A stretch of 64,000 bases of DNA from Lytechinus pictus (taxonomy: Eukaryota). Of this stretch, positions 50,188 to 62,800 are shown piece after piece. How positions within the stretch are numbered: the first letter of the stretch is position 1; each line of letters begins with the position of its first letter. The notes beneath the pieces are model-generated. The model saw only the letters and a program-made list of their open reading frames with translations, did not search any database and had not been told where the DNA came from. The DNA is taken from the NCBI RefSeq assembly GCF_037042905.1, contig NC_087245.1, positions 17,052,001-17,116,000 on the forward strand, written 5' to 3'. Made by a program: the position numbers and the translations under genes.

Positions 50188-50924
50188 GTAACAATATCAA
50201 AGATTAATTTTATGTACAATTGTGTCTACTCGTCGTTTAAATGCTTCATAATAATTATCTTACAGGTCAACCCTATTTTGACTGCAGCAGGCTCTTTTGG
50301 ATAATTTTGGTCGAAAACGAGGCTACATTCAAATTCGATGTTAACATTGAGATTAATTATGGGGACAGATGGTTAATATAGGCCTACATGCTATCAAATA
50401 ATTAATTCTTGTGGAGATACTTCATATCGCTTAGACACCTCTAGTGTCCCTGTATAGAAACCTCAGGAGAAGGGCGCCACCTATCTGCGATTCGTTACCA
50501 TGGATAGCCTTTTTTTGTGTGGATCTCATTCTACATTTGGGTAGCGTTACATTGTTGTCTTCCCGGCCGGGATGTCAATCTTATCAGCGATATTATTTCA
50601 ACGACAAATCTGCAATCGGCCAATCAGGTACAAGGATTTCAGTGGCTTATAACAGATGCTTCGTGAAGCACTCCCTGATCTTAAGACCCAGCAAGTGTAA
50701 CCCAGTAGATCAGAGGTGGAATTAAATTAAAAAAAGAGAAACATTGTTTAACATAGGATATATGATTATAAAACATTTTTTGGGGGTGGAATAAAATTTG
50801 ATTAGATAGTTGATGCAACAAATATTAAATGTCGTGAATGAGGGAAAAAATAAAAGAATTGTGCAAATATTTATTATCATTAATATCAACAACAGAAGAA
50901 AGAGAGAAAGGTTTATCTAAATTT

Positions 50925-51090
50925 GCTACTCTGCACCCTGGTGTAGTAAAGGGTTACCCGGTAGGAAAAATAATCCTTGAGTGCCCGAGCACTTGATCTG
51001 GGTAGCTATGTTTAAGCCTGGTATTAGTATTATGTAGCGCTTCGAAACATTGTATTAAGTGCTATGTAAATGTTACATATTGTTATTATC
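50925..51090 (+). mobile_element. 3' half of a tRNA-derived SINE
   Basis: accctggtg...gggttacccggtagga...tccttgagtgc matches the other two copies; tail aagtgctatgtaaatg...tattgttattat. Confidence 0.6.
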
Positions 51091-52315
51091 ATAAAAGTCA
51101 TGGTGTTATTGATACCGAAAGGTTGAAAAAAAAATGGAAGTTAATTTTTTAAGTCATTAAAAAAAATCCACCTGTAATCATCTCAAAGCCAGGTTTCCTG
51201 TCTTACACTGTTATTTAGGCATTGGGGGTATTATTTTGTAGGTTAGATATTATTAGCTATACCCCAAAATATCAGAACGAACCACTTTAGAGAATGAAGA
51301 CAGTCGCTAAATATACCCTTCTTGTCAGCGACCACATGGAATATATTTTGCGGTCTAACCCACATGCAGAAAGTGGAGAGGGTCTATAACATTTGGAGAT
51401 GGTTAAAGAGTTTTAGAGGAAGCTGACTCACAGAGAGAATGTTACCGGTATCAATTAGATGTAGACAGCCTCTCGTCTTCCACTGGGATGCTAAGACGAC
51501 CCTGGGATAGCCCATGTTGACAGCTAAACTTTTGGAAACTTTTATTAATCCATTTCTCACTCTTGCTTGCCACCCACATTTTCTATGACTTTGTCTCTCT
51601 TTATTTTTTCTCCACATTTCTCTTTAATTTTCTTATTTCTCTTCATATACCTCTATCTCTATCTTAATTCTTTCTATTTATCTTTCTCTTCATTAATCTG
51701 TTTCATTTTTGCTCTGTTTATTTATTCCCATCTCTCTCCATATTTCTTCTATCTTTCTTCCTCTCTCTCCCCCCTCTCTCTTCTCTCTCTCTCTCTCTAC
51801 CTCCCTCTTTCCCCCTTTCCTCTTTCTATTTTTCTTCTTCTCTATTTATATGTGTTCGAATTTTATTTCAATTCTTAATCAATTCATGATGTTGTTGGTT
51901 ATTCAATAATTCAGATTTTGGAACAAAACAAACAGGATCGCGCTTAACGACCCCCTTGCCATGCTTGCAGTAATATTGTATCCACCATTTTTAATTCATT
52001 CTTTTGTAGTTGCTGTAAGGTGTCCAAGTGAAAAAAAGGATGTAAGATTCCGTTGTTGCCATGGTGATGCTACTGTAGGATGTGGTGATGAGTCAAGCCT
52101 CTCAGCTAGGGTACAGGAAGTTCCCCCTTGATTTGTTTTCCTCTTCATCTCTGATGAGAAACTAGTCGTAAAGGCGTTTTGTTATCATTGTTTTCCATCT
52201 TGTCTATGAAAACTCCTCTAATTCGCGTGGCCTAATTTCTTCCAGTGAGCATAGATTCAATATTGCAAATCGTGTTTGGGAGTTAGAAAAGTCACGAAAA
52301 TCACTACCAACTTAA

Positions 52316-52909
52316 AGGGGAATGAAACCTTTGGAACAAGTAGGCATATGTCGAAACAGAAAAATCAAAGAATAAAAACAAAGAAAGTTTCAGCAAAATC
52401 GGACAAATAATGAGAAAGTTATGAGCATTTGAATATTGCAATCACTAATGCTATGGAGATCCTCCGATTGGCAATGCGACAAGGATGTGTGATGTCACAT
52501 GTGAACAACCTTCCTTTGATGGACTATAAAATACCCCAAAAATGAGTCTTTTTGCTTTTTCTTACGGTGATACAAACTCTTTATCCATGATGTATTCTTT
52601 AAAAATCTGTATTACATGCCCTCCTATTGAAAGAACACATGATCTACTGATAGATGTGATAAAAGAGGCAGTTTAAGTGAAATATATACTAAAGTAATGG
52701 GGAGAGTTGTTCACAAGTGACATCACACATCTTTGTCGCATAATCGCATTGCCAATGTGAGGATCTCCATATAGCATTAGTGATCGCAATATTCAAATGC
52801 TCATAACTTTCTAATTATTTGTCTGATTTTTCTCAAACTATCGTTGATCTGTTTCTTTGATTTTTCTGTATTCACACAAGCTTTCTTGTTCCAAATGTTT
52901 CATTCTCCT
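52316..52909. mobile_element. TTAA-flanked Kolobok-like MITE (594 bp)
   Basis: TTAA 52312-52315 and 52910-52913; TIR aggggaatgaaac / gtttcattctcct; ~190-bp inverted arms. Confidence 0.88.
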
Positions 52910-55900
52910 TTAACGTTTGATGTAATGATATCTACCCCTCAGAAGAACAGCCTGTGGCTGAAGAGGGTCATCCAGCCCACGAGTGGAAAAAAAAAAAAGG
53001 AAAAAAAAAAATTCCTATACATGTACAGTATGTCTTGAATTAGAGTAAAACCCCTTGCCTAAATCTAAATCCAATTCCAACGAAGGTTCCTTTATTCACA
53101 CGAACCACCATGATGACCTAAACGTTGTATGGAAATAAAACTTGTATTATTTGGAGTACAAAATAATAGTTATCTTTCTCTGTTCATGATATATACCACC
53201 GTTCACTAAACTAAAAAAAAATCATCTGATGATGTTTTTTGGTGGAAGCTTCAGGAAATTATGAAAGTCTGTTCCGAATATACACTTGATGGATGAGCAA
53301 GGACCCGGGGAAAGTGGGACAAAGGGGGCCAATACAGGGGGATGGCGGATATTGTAGTCTGCTAGAAAGGTGTTGCCATTTTTATATCGAATTAACACTT
53401 TATGGTGGTTTACAGTGGACGGCGGAGAGGGTATAGTTAGGACGGATAATCATATCACTGATGAGATAGGAAAAGGTGTAATGAGAACTCAAGGTAAATA
53501 GGAACATAGGGTGCCGGGATAAAGGTGTCACGGGGTAAGCGATGTCGTGTTGAGGATTCAAAAATCGAACTAGATATGACACCTAATTATCCTAAATCCT
53601 CTCTTGACGAAGACAGATGTGTGCCTACATTATATTGTGCATCTTCCTGCGTGTGTGTTATGCGGGGGGGGGGGGGGGGGGGGGTGAGGGGGTTATTGCC
53701 CTTATGAATTTGACTTGTTGTGTTTGCTGGACATGTAATACTAGTAATATAATAAATCAAATTCAACATTCAGATCTATAAAATGATAATCTCCATTTTC
53801 TTTTATTTTCTACGGGTCAGATCTAAAAATGTACCGATAAAGACAACGGTGTTTTGTTGTATTGCATTTTTTCATAGCCTAATAATAATTTATTTGCGCT
53901 GTTATTGTGCATACCAACGCTATTCCATTTGGTTGCTATATAAATCCTTTTTTGATCTGATTATGTATTGAGTCAATAGGAATGCCTTACAAATCGACGG
54001 ATAAGCACTACTTTATTTATCCATCCTTTTTCGACTCCACTTATCACTGCTTTTTACTTCAGTTTTCTTTGCTCAACTTTTCTATTATGTTCTTTGCACA
54101 TGTTCAACATGTCTTTGAACTTGTTGAAATATCATTTTCAAACAAACATCATGACTGTTCAGTTTGGGACTATTTTGCAGAGTACTTCATGAACAAACAC
54201 AGCCTCATATATTAAGATGGTTATTGTTGTATTAAACCAGACGACAGCAAATCCATCCAAAAATACTTTTGGTATGAAGTCAAACAAACATGATATATAA
54301 CCATGTGTCATGCTATAATGTCGGGTCAAAGAAAATGTTTAATCTCAACGAAAAGTACAATGTTCGTATTGAATATCAATAATGGGGATCCACACAGGTG
54401 CATGACTCTTCATTGAATAAATATACATTGTAAATGATCTACCTATTAATGTTGACATATGATAACTAAACGAATTTGAAAGTCATCAAACATTTTTGTA
54501 AGGGAGTGTATTCTTGATCACTTTGTTCTTACACGTTCAACACAAAACTGTTTTGTTCCGCGTAGAGAACACCGCAATACAGAGGGGATTCTTGACGGAA
54601 GAAAGGTATTGATTGTGAATTTAGTTTTGCTTCCTTTTTCAATGTCAATCTCTTGCAGTAATGAAATTAAGTATAATTTGTTGCTTTGATAACGATAAGT
54701 TTAATAGCAATTACATCGAGGTAATGGAAATTACTCTGTTTTGTTGTTGTATTTTCAGGGTACTACTGCACAATAATTTAAGACCGAGCGATACTTCAGT
54801 GTCTGTACAGATAATATGGTTTCGTTTTGGGAATCATCTTTGTGTTTAAAGTGCTTGTTGGTAATATAGTTGGGATGTCACACCCCTGCGATATGGTTAC
54901 ACTATTGAAGATTAGACATATATCTTCCCCCCATACAGGCCTATCATCAAGATGATGTAACATTAAGCGTTTTTATGATTTGTATGAAAAAGTATATTTT
55001 TCTCCCCCAAAAACAACAACAAGAAATCCGACAACAATATTTTGCCAAGTCTTTTTCGAGTAATCCAGAATAAAGAGTGAATAAAAGATATCAGATATGA
55101 TCGAAGAGTTGAAGAAAAAAAATCTGAGAACAGCTTTCTGAATCTAATGACATCAATTTATGAAAGAGGATGCCCATCCATCTGAACCTTATACCTCCAT
55201 CATCACCCCTGTATCCAGAAGTGACTTACTCTTAAGACTGTCTACTCGAACTTTAACAGATTAGTCATTATGATGAAGAATCATTACAGAAGCAAACCGT
55301 CCGAGCCAATACATGAAGCTTGGGTAGTTTTGAGATGAGGGTTTGGGAATAGGGACCCAGACATCTGCACCCCTCTGCACTGTTGAAGAGCCTGGTCGAT
55401 ACAGTTTTAGAGGAGTCTTTGGTAAGGGTAATGAGTCAGTCACACCCAACTCCTGATCGATCAAAGCTATTACGTTACTTCGAATGGCTAACCATCGGTC
55501 GGGTTGGGGTCGATTTCGTTGGTCTGACTGCAGCGTTTGGAAATGGGAGAAGCAAACAGGGAGTCACCAGGAAGACACGTTGAGTCTGACTCATCCGCCT
55601 CGCGACCTTTTCCCTCCTCCCTTATGATTCCCAGATCCCCCCTCACAAACTCACCTTTCCCCATGATTTACCCCCCTTCCTCCTGATCCCAATCCCGTTC
55701 TATGTGGTATTTGAGATAGAATGTCTTTGAGCTCCTTGATCGCCTTGTTGGGAGCACATTGCCACGCCTTGGATATCATCGACGAGTCGTTGGATTACCA
55801 GTATTGTTTTGCTAAGCTCTCGTATTGTCACTCAAAGGTTCAAACTTGGAGAATTTAGAACAAGAAAGGAATATTTTACCTGCCCTAGTATGTGAGTTTA

Positions 55901-56402
55901 TATTCAAGCTTCTCCATTGGGTGAAGTATATTCCGTTTTTCTATATATTGGTTCCTACTCAAATGTGACTCCGCATCGAATGCTTGAAGACGCTGTTCTT
56001 CATCTAAGGTTGAGCTGTTGTTGTAAGGTCTCTTTAGTGTCGATTTCTTTGGATGCGTTTCAGAAATCAATATAGTTTGAATTTCTATTGTGGTGTCGAA
56101 ATCACGACGTCATCTCACCCGGCATCCATCATTCCGTGTGCAAGCTCAACGTCATAATGTAGTATCTATACCATTGTAGACAGTTTTTAGAGGTTGTTAA
56201 AATTTGGAGTTGTTACCCTTCTGTATTATAATTGATCCCTGCATGTTTATTGGATTGGTTATGTTTGGTTTTGATTAGTTTGCTTTACCTGTCACACGAA
56301 TGCTTGTAGAAGGAAGTTTGATGAACAACCGTACGGTTTACGCTCTATCCGAGGGACGTAGTAATTATGATAAATGATTTAATGTGTTCCTTGTTCTTAC
56401 AG

Positions 56403-56532
56403 AGATCGTATGAGTGTTGATGAATGCTTCAGACACGCCTGGTTAAGTGAAATCAGTACACGGACCAAAGCCTGCGAGACCAAACTATCCACTGCAAGAC
56501 TCAAGAAATTTTTAGCAAGAAGACGCTGGCAG
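56403..56532 (+). CDS. MYLK: MLCK exon, end of kinase domain plus autoinhibitory/calmodulin-binding start (DRMSVDECFRHAWLSEISTRTKACETKLSTARLKKFLARRRWQ)
   Basis: Subdomain XI Arg and H.WL; LS..RLKKFLARRRWQ resembles smooth-muscle MLCK LSKDRMKKYMARRKWQ; ttcttacag acceptor, CAG|gtaggt donor; phase 2 start fits the previous exon. Confidence 0.92.
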
Positions 56533-56619
56533 GTAGGTCTCATCCATCTCATTTTGTGACTAAACTTAGTGACATGATACACATCATATCAGTTTGTTCA
56601 CTTACTCCTCATAATGAAA

Positions 56620-56863
56620 ATAACAATAATATGTCCACTCCTCTTCTTTTTGGATTCTATAATTACCATGGCCGTAACTGAGTGTCATACAGGCGCGAAA
56701 GAATTCAAGGATTATATCCTACCGGTTTACCATTCAACTCCCCTGGGTTGAGTGCAGCATGATGTGGAAAAAATTATTGCTAAAATAGGAAATTATTAGG
56801 ATTCGAACCTGCTATCCTCTGATTGAAAGGCAGGATTTAGAACCTCTAAATCATGACGCTTCC
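56620..56863 (-). mobile_element. tRNA-derived SINE, minus strand
   Basis: Reverse complement has ctttcaatcagagg, B-box ggttcgaatcc and tgctgcactcaacccagg, colinear with the copy at 20811. Confidence 0.75.
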
Positions 56864-59800
56864 CCTCCTCTGTCACAATTAACATCTTAAAATCACCAAT
56901 ATTAATCTAAAGTTTCTTTTAGAAATGATGATTGCCTTAGTTATCATTTCATGGCTCCTTGTAACATGTGTAATGCGAGAGTAGAAGTAAACGCTATTTT
57001 TACTGTTGTTTATTTAGCCAACATACATGCATGGCAAGAAGAAACGATTAATTCAGCAAAGTTGTTTTCGTACATGTTTTGCTTTTTATTCCGACTGAAA
57101 ATAAACATCTATGATATTTGCGAACCTGACGTTTATTTTAAACCTACTTATCGTGTGGAAAAAATGTTTTTACCAAAAATGCATTAAACTTTTCACTCGT
57201 TTCCTCTTTTAGGGTGGTTTTTTGTTACTGTTGAAAGAGTCGGGTTTTTATTGAATCACGTCAAATCGCCTATTACTCTCCAATTGTATTTGAAATTCTA
57301 TTTCAATAAATAGCTTGTACAACCGTTCGAACAAACACAATTTTACTTCTATTTCAGGCATAATAATGACTCACACCGAGTTTGTCTAGCCGCTATACAG
57401 GTGCAGTTTGTCCCCATTAATATGATAGGGACAGATCGTGGTAGATAATTGATTGCTTATAGACATTTGTGAAGGATTGTCAATACGTTGATTGCTTCTT
57501 AATATATCTTTCTGTCATGATAATGTATTGGAGCACTGTTCTGAGTAGCCATTCATGTTTCAATTGAGCAGGAATTGATGTTTAGATTTCACATGCACGA
57601 TATGTTTCTTATTGTATTCGCCTGCACTCAATTACCAAAAGCACTCGTGATTTTGTTTGAATAAAAATAATTATACATAAAAATAATGTTTTAGTAAGCA
57701 TGATAGATGATAAGATAATTTCATAATCAAATCTTCTGCATTATATCATAGACAAAACACATGTTACACAAAATAAAGGTTTCGGGAGGGGGAAGAGGAA
57801 GTCAGTCTTGTTCGAACAGTCCTTAATCGACTTCGTAAAAATTATATAAAAAAAATCATGACCTGCAAAAAAAGGGGTTCTCAAAAAAGGTTTTCACTTT
57901 AGAACAACTAGGTTCCACCTGCCTCTGTATGTTCATGATCCATACCTTAATGGAACTGATAAAAATGAAAAAGCATGTTCATTCTGTTGCAAAAGCTGTA
58001 TAAACTTGACCCTCTAGTCATATTTTGAGTGACCTATAGACCTAATGAATTTAGCTCTCCTCCGTTGATCTCTTAATGCGCCATTGATTAATTGGCCCTG
58101 TTTTTCTTCCTGGCTGACAACTGTTAATTAGCAAGGTCAGTAGATACCACTAGGCCATGGTAACACGCAACATGGTTGAAACAGCAGGCATGCCACGCAC
58201 CAAACCTGGCAGTATGGAGAAAGGGGCACTGTTTTGTTCTTGAAATATATTTTGTCATCGTCTTCGTATCATCCCTTCTTCTTTATGCTGATCTGAAATA
58301 TGACGAATCGAATCGTGAGGAAAACAACTAAAGACTCATCATTATCGATGGTTTTCATTTGCGAATTTCCAAATTATATAGAATCCAGCTCATGTTTTGA
58401 ATATTGCTTTTGTGCCGTTGGCAAATCATATCGAATAGAGAATAACTTTAACGAAAAATTAATGAAGGTTTTTTTTTACATGACCCGGTTCCCTTGCTGG
58501 CATCAAAGTGATTTTCTTCTACCCTTTACAAGTTTTTTTTTTGGTGGTACCAATCATTATTTGACAGCTACTAAAGAAATAATCCGCGAATGCCCATTCG
58601 GTTTTTACTTATTTTCGCCCTCTACCGGTCCCATAGATAAATTATTCGACTGTTCACATGGTGTGATGTCAATAGGAAATCTCCCAGGTTAGCCTTCACT
58701 CGAACAAAACTATAAAATGAACTTATCTTTTTGACAGCAAGAATAAATGAAAGCTACTTTACATCCATGTTTTACGTTTTATTTGGATGCACTTGCCACA
58801 AAAGATGTGGCAAAATGAGTGTAGGAAATTGTGCATGTGGTGTTTTGTGCATTTTCATCAGAAGGGAGTTGGATATAGTGTTGTTTTGATACTCCGTTAG
58901 AAATGTAATGTTAAATTTTAGGATCTATTGCCCAAAGGTTTGCTTTCGTGGGACACAAGATCTTCCTTTAAATATATATCTGAACAGATTGGTTCAACCC
59001 CCATTAGGTTGATTGTGCCGATGAGAGACTGTTTAAGGATGTTGTTGCCCACTAACCACAATACAAAGCCATAGTTGTGAGTGATAATGACAGTTCTCCT
59101 AGCGCTCCTAATGATACTCCACCCTGAATGTCAGCTTGCACTCAACACGAGACAGACAAAATATCAAATTAAATTTCCATATCTCCGCCCTCTTGAGACG
59201 TCCTAGGACTGTCAAGTACAAATGGCATGTCAGACCTTTGTTGATATGGGGGGTGCAGACTGGAGACTGGGAATTGATTCGGTGATAATCACCGGACAAT
59301 GCGATTGACTGTCGTACGAATTTTGAACACAATATATTGTTGTTTTTCATGTGATAAAATCGATCGATCAATTGCAATTTTGTATTTTACCTTTGCGATC
59401 GATTGTAATAATTCTTTTATTCTGATAGCAATATCCTTCAATGCTGGCTACATACTGAGAAGCGCTGTTACTATGGTAACTGTTGGATAAAACAGGACTT
59501 GTCGGATAAAGTCCTTTCATTAAATGCTCCCCAGGAGTCATGTTGTAAAAAGCAATGCAAAACCTTGACATTAGCTAATTAGTATTTTGTATGACTTGGT
59601 CGGGTTTGAACCCCCAAAATATCTTTCACGATGCGGGTGCTCTATACCACTGAACCACCATATCAAACATCCTATGATATTCATTGCAGTCACTGCAAAT
59701 AATGTTAATTCTTTTGACTTGTTGTGTTTCGAAGAAAGACTAAGACCATGGTATATTTTCTATTTGTAAATTAAGATCTCACGAGGTTGTCAATTCATGT

Positions 59801-62800
59801 ATCACTTCACCTGAGTGAAAGTTTTTGTTAACATGGTTAGCGCAATTACCGCCCCTCATTTACTCTAATTGTCTCAACCGGTTATTGTTTCCATATCTAG
59901 AAGGAAATAACAACTACATCAATTTCATCACTTCTCGAGGGAGGTTTTGAAAGACCAATTCTTTTATTACAACTGTACAAAGCAATAAACATTGAGAGAA
60001 GTTCTAAAATGACAAAGATGAAACAGTTACATAATATGTTTACTTTTCGCCATTCAGGGTCTCAAAATGTACTTTTTGTTATTGTAAATTTTCATTTTAG
60101 GAGTATCAGTAATTTGAAATTACTTATGGGCCTTTGAGGGGGAGGCTGGAAATTCTCAAAACATATTTCCTTTTTAAAATATGAATTCTTCAAATAATCC
60201 TCCATACATGTGCACCAGATACTTTTATTTCAATTTTAGAATACAAAACAGCCATCGCTTGCATAAATATAAACATACTATTGCACCATGAAATATACGC
60301 TCTTGCCTATAAATTCATCCATACCTGTGAGTAGAATGACAGATCTCGATAACTTGATGTGATCTTTTTAATAGTCTTATGCAGACCAATATACGTGATA
60401 TAATTGAACGAAACCAAGACAGTAATTCGGTTTAAAATGCATTTCACCGACTCCTGCCTTCTCTTGGTCATTATGCTAAAGGAGTTAATGATTTGATGCC
60501 ACCACAATTTTACAATATATTATGCTTGTCTTGTTTTTTTTTTCACTCAAAACATCACATAATTTATTCACTCGTTTATGTTCATTCTACTCAGTGTTTG
60601 AAATTGTATTACTTTCGATTTTATACTATGTGTATCTAACAATTTGTAAATGTGTTGATTTGTGTGGAAATAAACTTTAAAATTTGATGCGGGTAGCAAC
60701 GATGAAAACCGGAGGACAGAAGGTTTGATATCCTTCCATTTGACATGGTTATGATCTGAATATCTCTACATAATATATTATTTCCTAACCACAGGATACC
60801 AAGGGTTTTACAGTTAAAAACAGAAATTACAAATTCGATTATCAGTTGGAGGGGTTATTCTAGTATGCTCCCTTTTTGCAGATTAGCAAATGATAAAATT
60901 ATCAACCAACACACATGTTGTGCAACATTTCTTACACGGCAAGTATATATTAAGATTGCAAACAGAAACAAAGAAATATATTTCAGAACTAATTTAATAT
61001 TCGCTGATATAATTCTGCTGTGGATATCCACGTCCAATGGTAATGCTTTTGGATTTACAGCCGACAGATGGTTTTGTCCGATATTGCCGGTTTGCGGCCT
61101 ATGAAATTTATTTTGCCAACATCTAAACTTGACATTTTATCAGCAAAATCAGTGATTTATTATTCAATTTTCGAAATAAGTCACGTTCCCATTGTTCAGA
61201 ATATTATCCATATGTTTTCTTTGACTCGTACAAGGTTTGTGGTCATTTTTTAATGTACAGTCTATATGTGACGACCAGGAGGGGAAGTGTTAAACAAGAT
61301 GTAAATGGTCCCAATCGTTGTCAGGGTTGTTCATCATAATCATGATAATGCACCGCTGCTCTTATCTCAAAGTTAAGCTTTTGTATTAAAAATATTTTTA
61401 CAAACTTTATGAACATGTTTGGTAATAAGAAGGGTGTCGTATGGGACCTAGCTATCTTCCTCCAGTCTATCGGGTATGGATGATGGATAACTGAAGGTCA
61501 ATGACCGTGACCTAAAACCAGATAGAGGTCAATGAAGCTCGTATAAGGTCAACTCTTGACATTCGACCCATGAAGACTGATTGATATACTTGGAGGATTA
61601 GTCAACGGCACATCCAATACCCTCACAAAGTCCTTCGTTGCCACAATATAGGAAGTAGCAAACGAAAAATTTATAGGCGAGAGGGAGAGAGAAATTAAAC
61701 CAAACTATACTTAAAAATCTCAACTGCGGAAAGGCTATGTTGTCGAAACCAGTTTGTATTGACATTTGCCACGAAATTTAATCAAAATTAAATGGATAAC
61801 TATAACATCCAAATGATTATTAAAAGTTTTGAATTATTTAAATACCTTTGCTTCATATCGGCTTGGTCCTCTTTCACAAACAAGCTTGTAACATTTTGAC
61901 AACGTGATGATGGATCGCTATATCAAGATGCATGATAAGCCACGGTCACCAAAATGATATGTTTATGTTGCTATAGTAAATGGATTAGACGAAAAGACAT
62001 TACGAATCTTTTTGAAATTATTATATACATGCACCCGCCTCTTGTCTAGTACTTTTTACAATACTCTCTCTTTCTCCTTTGACCCTTTCCTTCCCTTCTT
62101 CCCCGGGCTTCTTCCCCGGGCTTCTTCCCATCTCTTTATCTCCTCCTCTCTATATCACGTGTAGAGTGCTAAATACATTTTCAGCAACTGGGATGCTAAA
62201 AACAGCACCTTTTAGTCGTTTTAGTCTGTGTGAACTACAGCACATGCTGAAAAATCCATCACCCCGAAATGTTGTCACTTTTCATGCTTTTTGAGCTCCA
62301 AGTTTTTAGACTCCCCCCCCCCTCTCTCTCTCTTTCTCTTTATACAGACTAAAATTAGCAGTATGCATCAACTCCTTATAAAGTGATTTATCGATTAGTT
62401 GCTATGTGGAGGTGTAACTGATTAGGGTGGGCGGGGCCATGATTTCGTCCAAGTCAAACAATTATCTGGTTAAATACACCAATCTTAACATGCAGGTGTG
62501 ATGTCGCTGAAAATACATTACAGTTTAGCTGTAGGCCTAGATCATTCAAAGATATTGCGTATGTACGATAAATTCTCCAGTGTTGCTATTTTCATCTGTC
62601 ATGTCTGTTGCTCAGTAACTTCATTGACATTTCGTTATAGGAGTTTTACTGAATACAGAGAACAGTCCGATCTCTTAACGAGTCTGGACATGGGTCTGAA
62701 TAAAATTACCGATGGGAGCGCATAAACTTGGTTGAATTATAGAAAGTAAATTAATGTATATACAAAACCATAATTCTGTGATTCGATCCATCCTCTTATG

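Noticed and set aside
58040..58140. Cluster of TAAT/ATTA homeodomain-like sites
   Set aside because: Short AT-rich motifs in an AT-rich genome; cannot be supported without conservation data.
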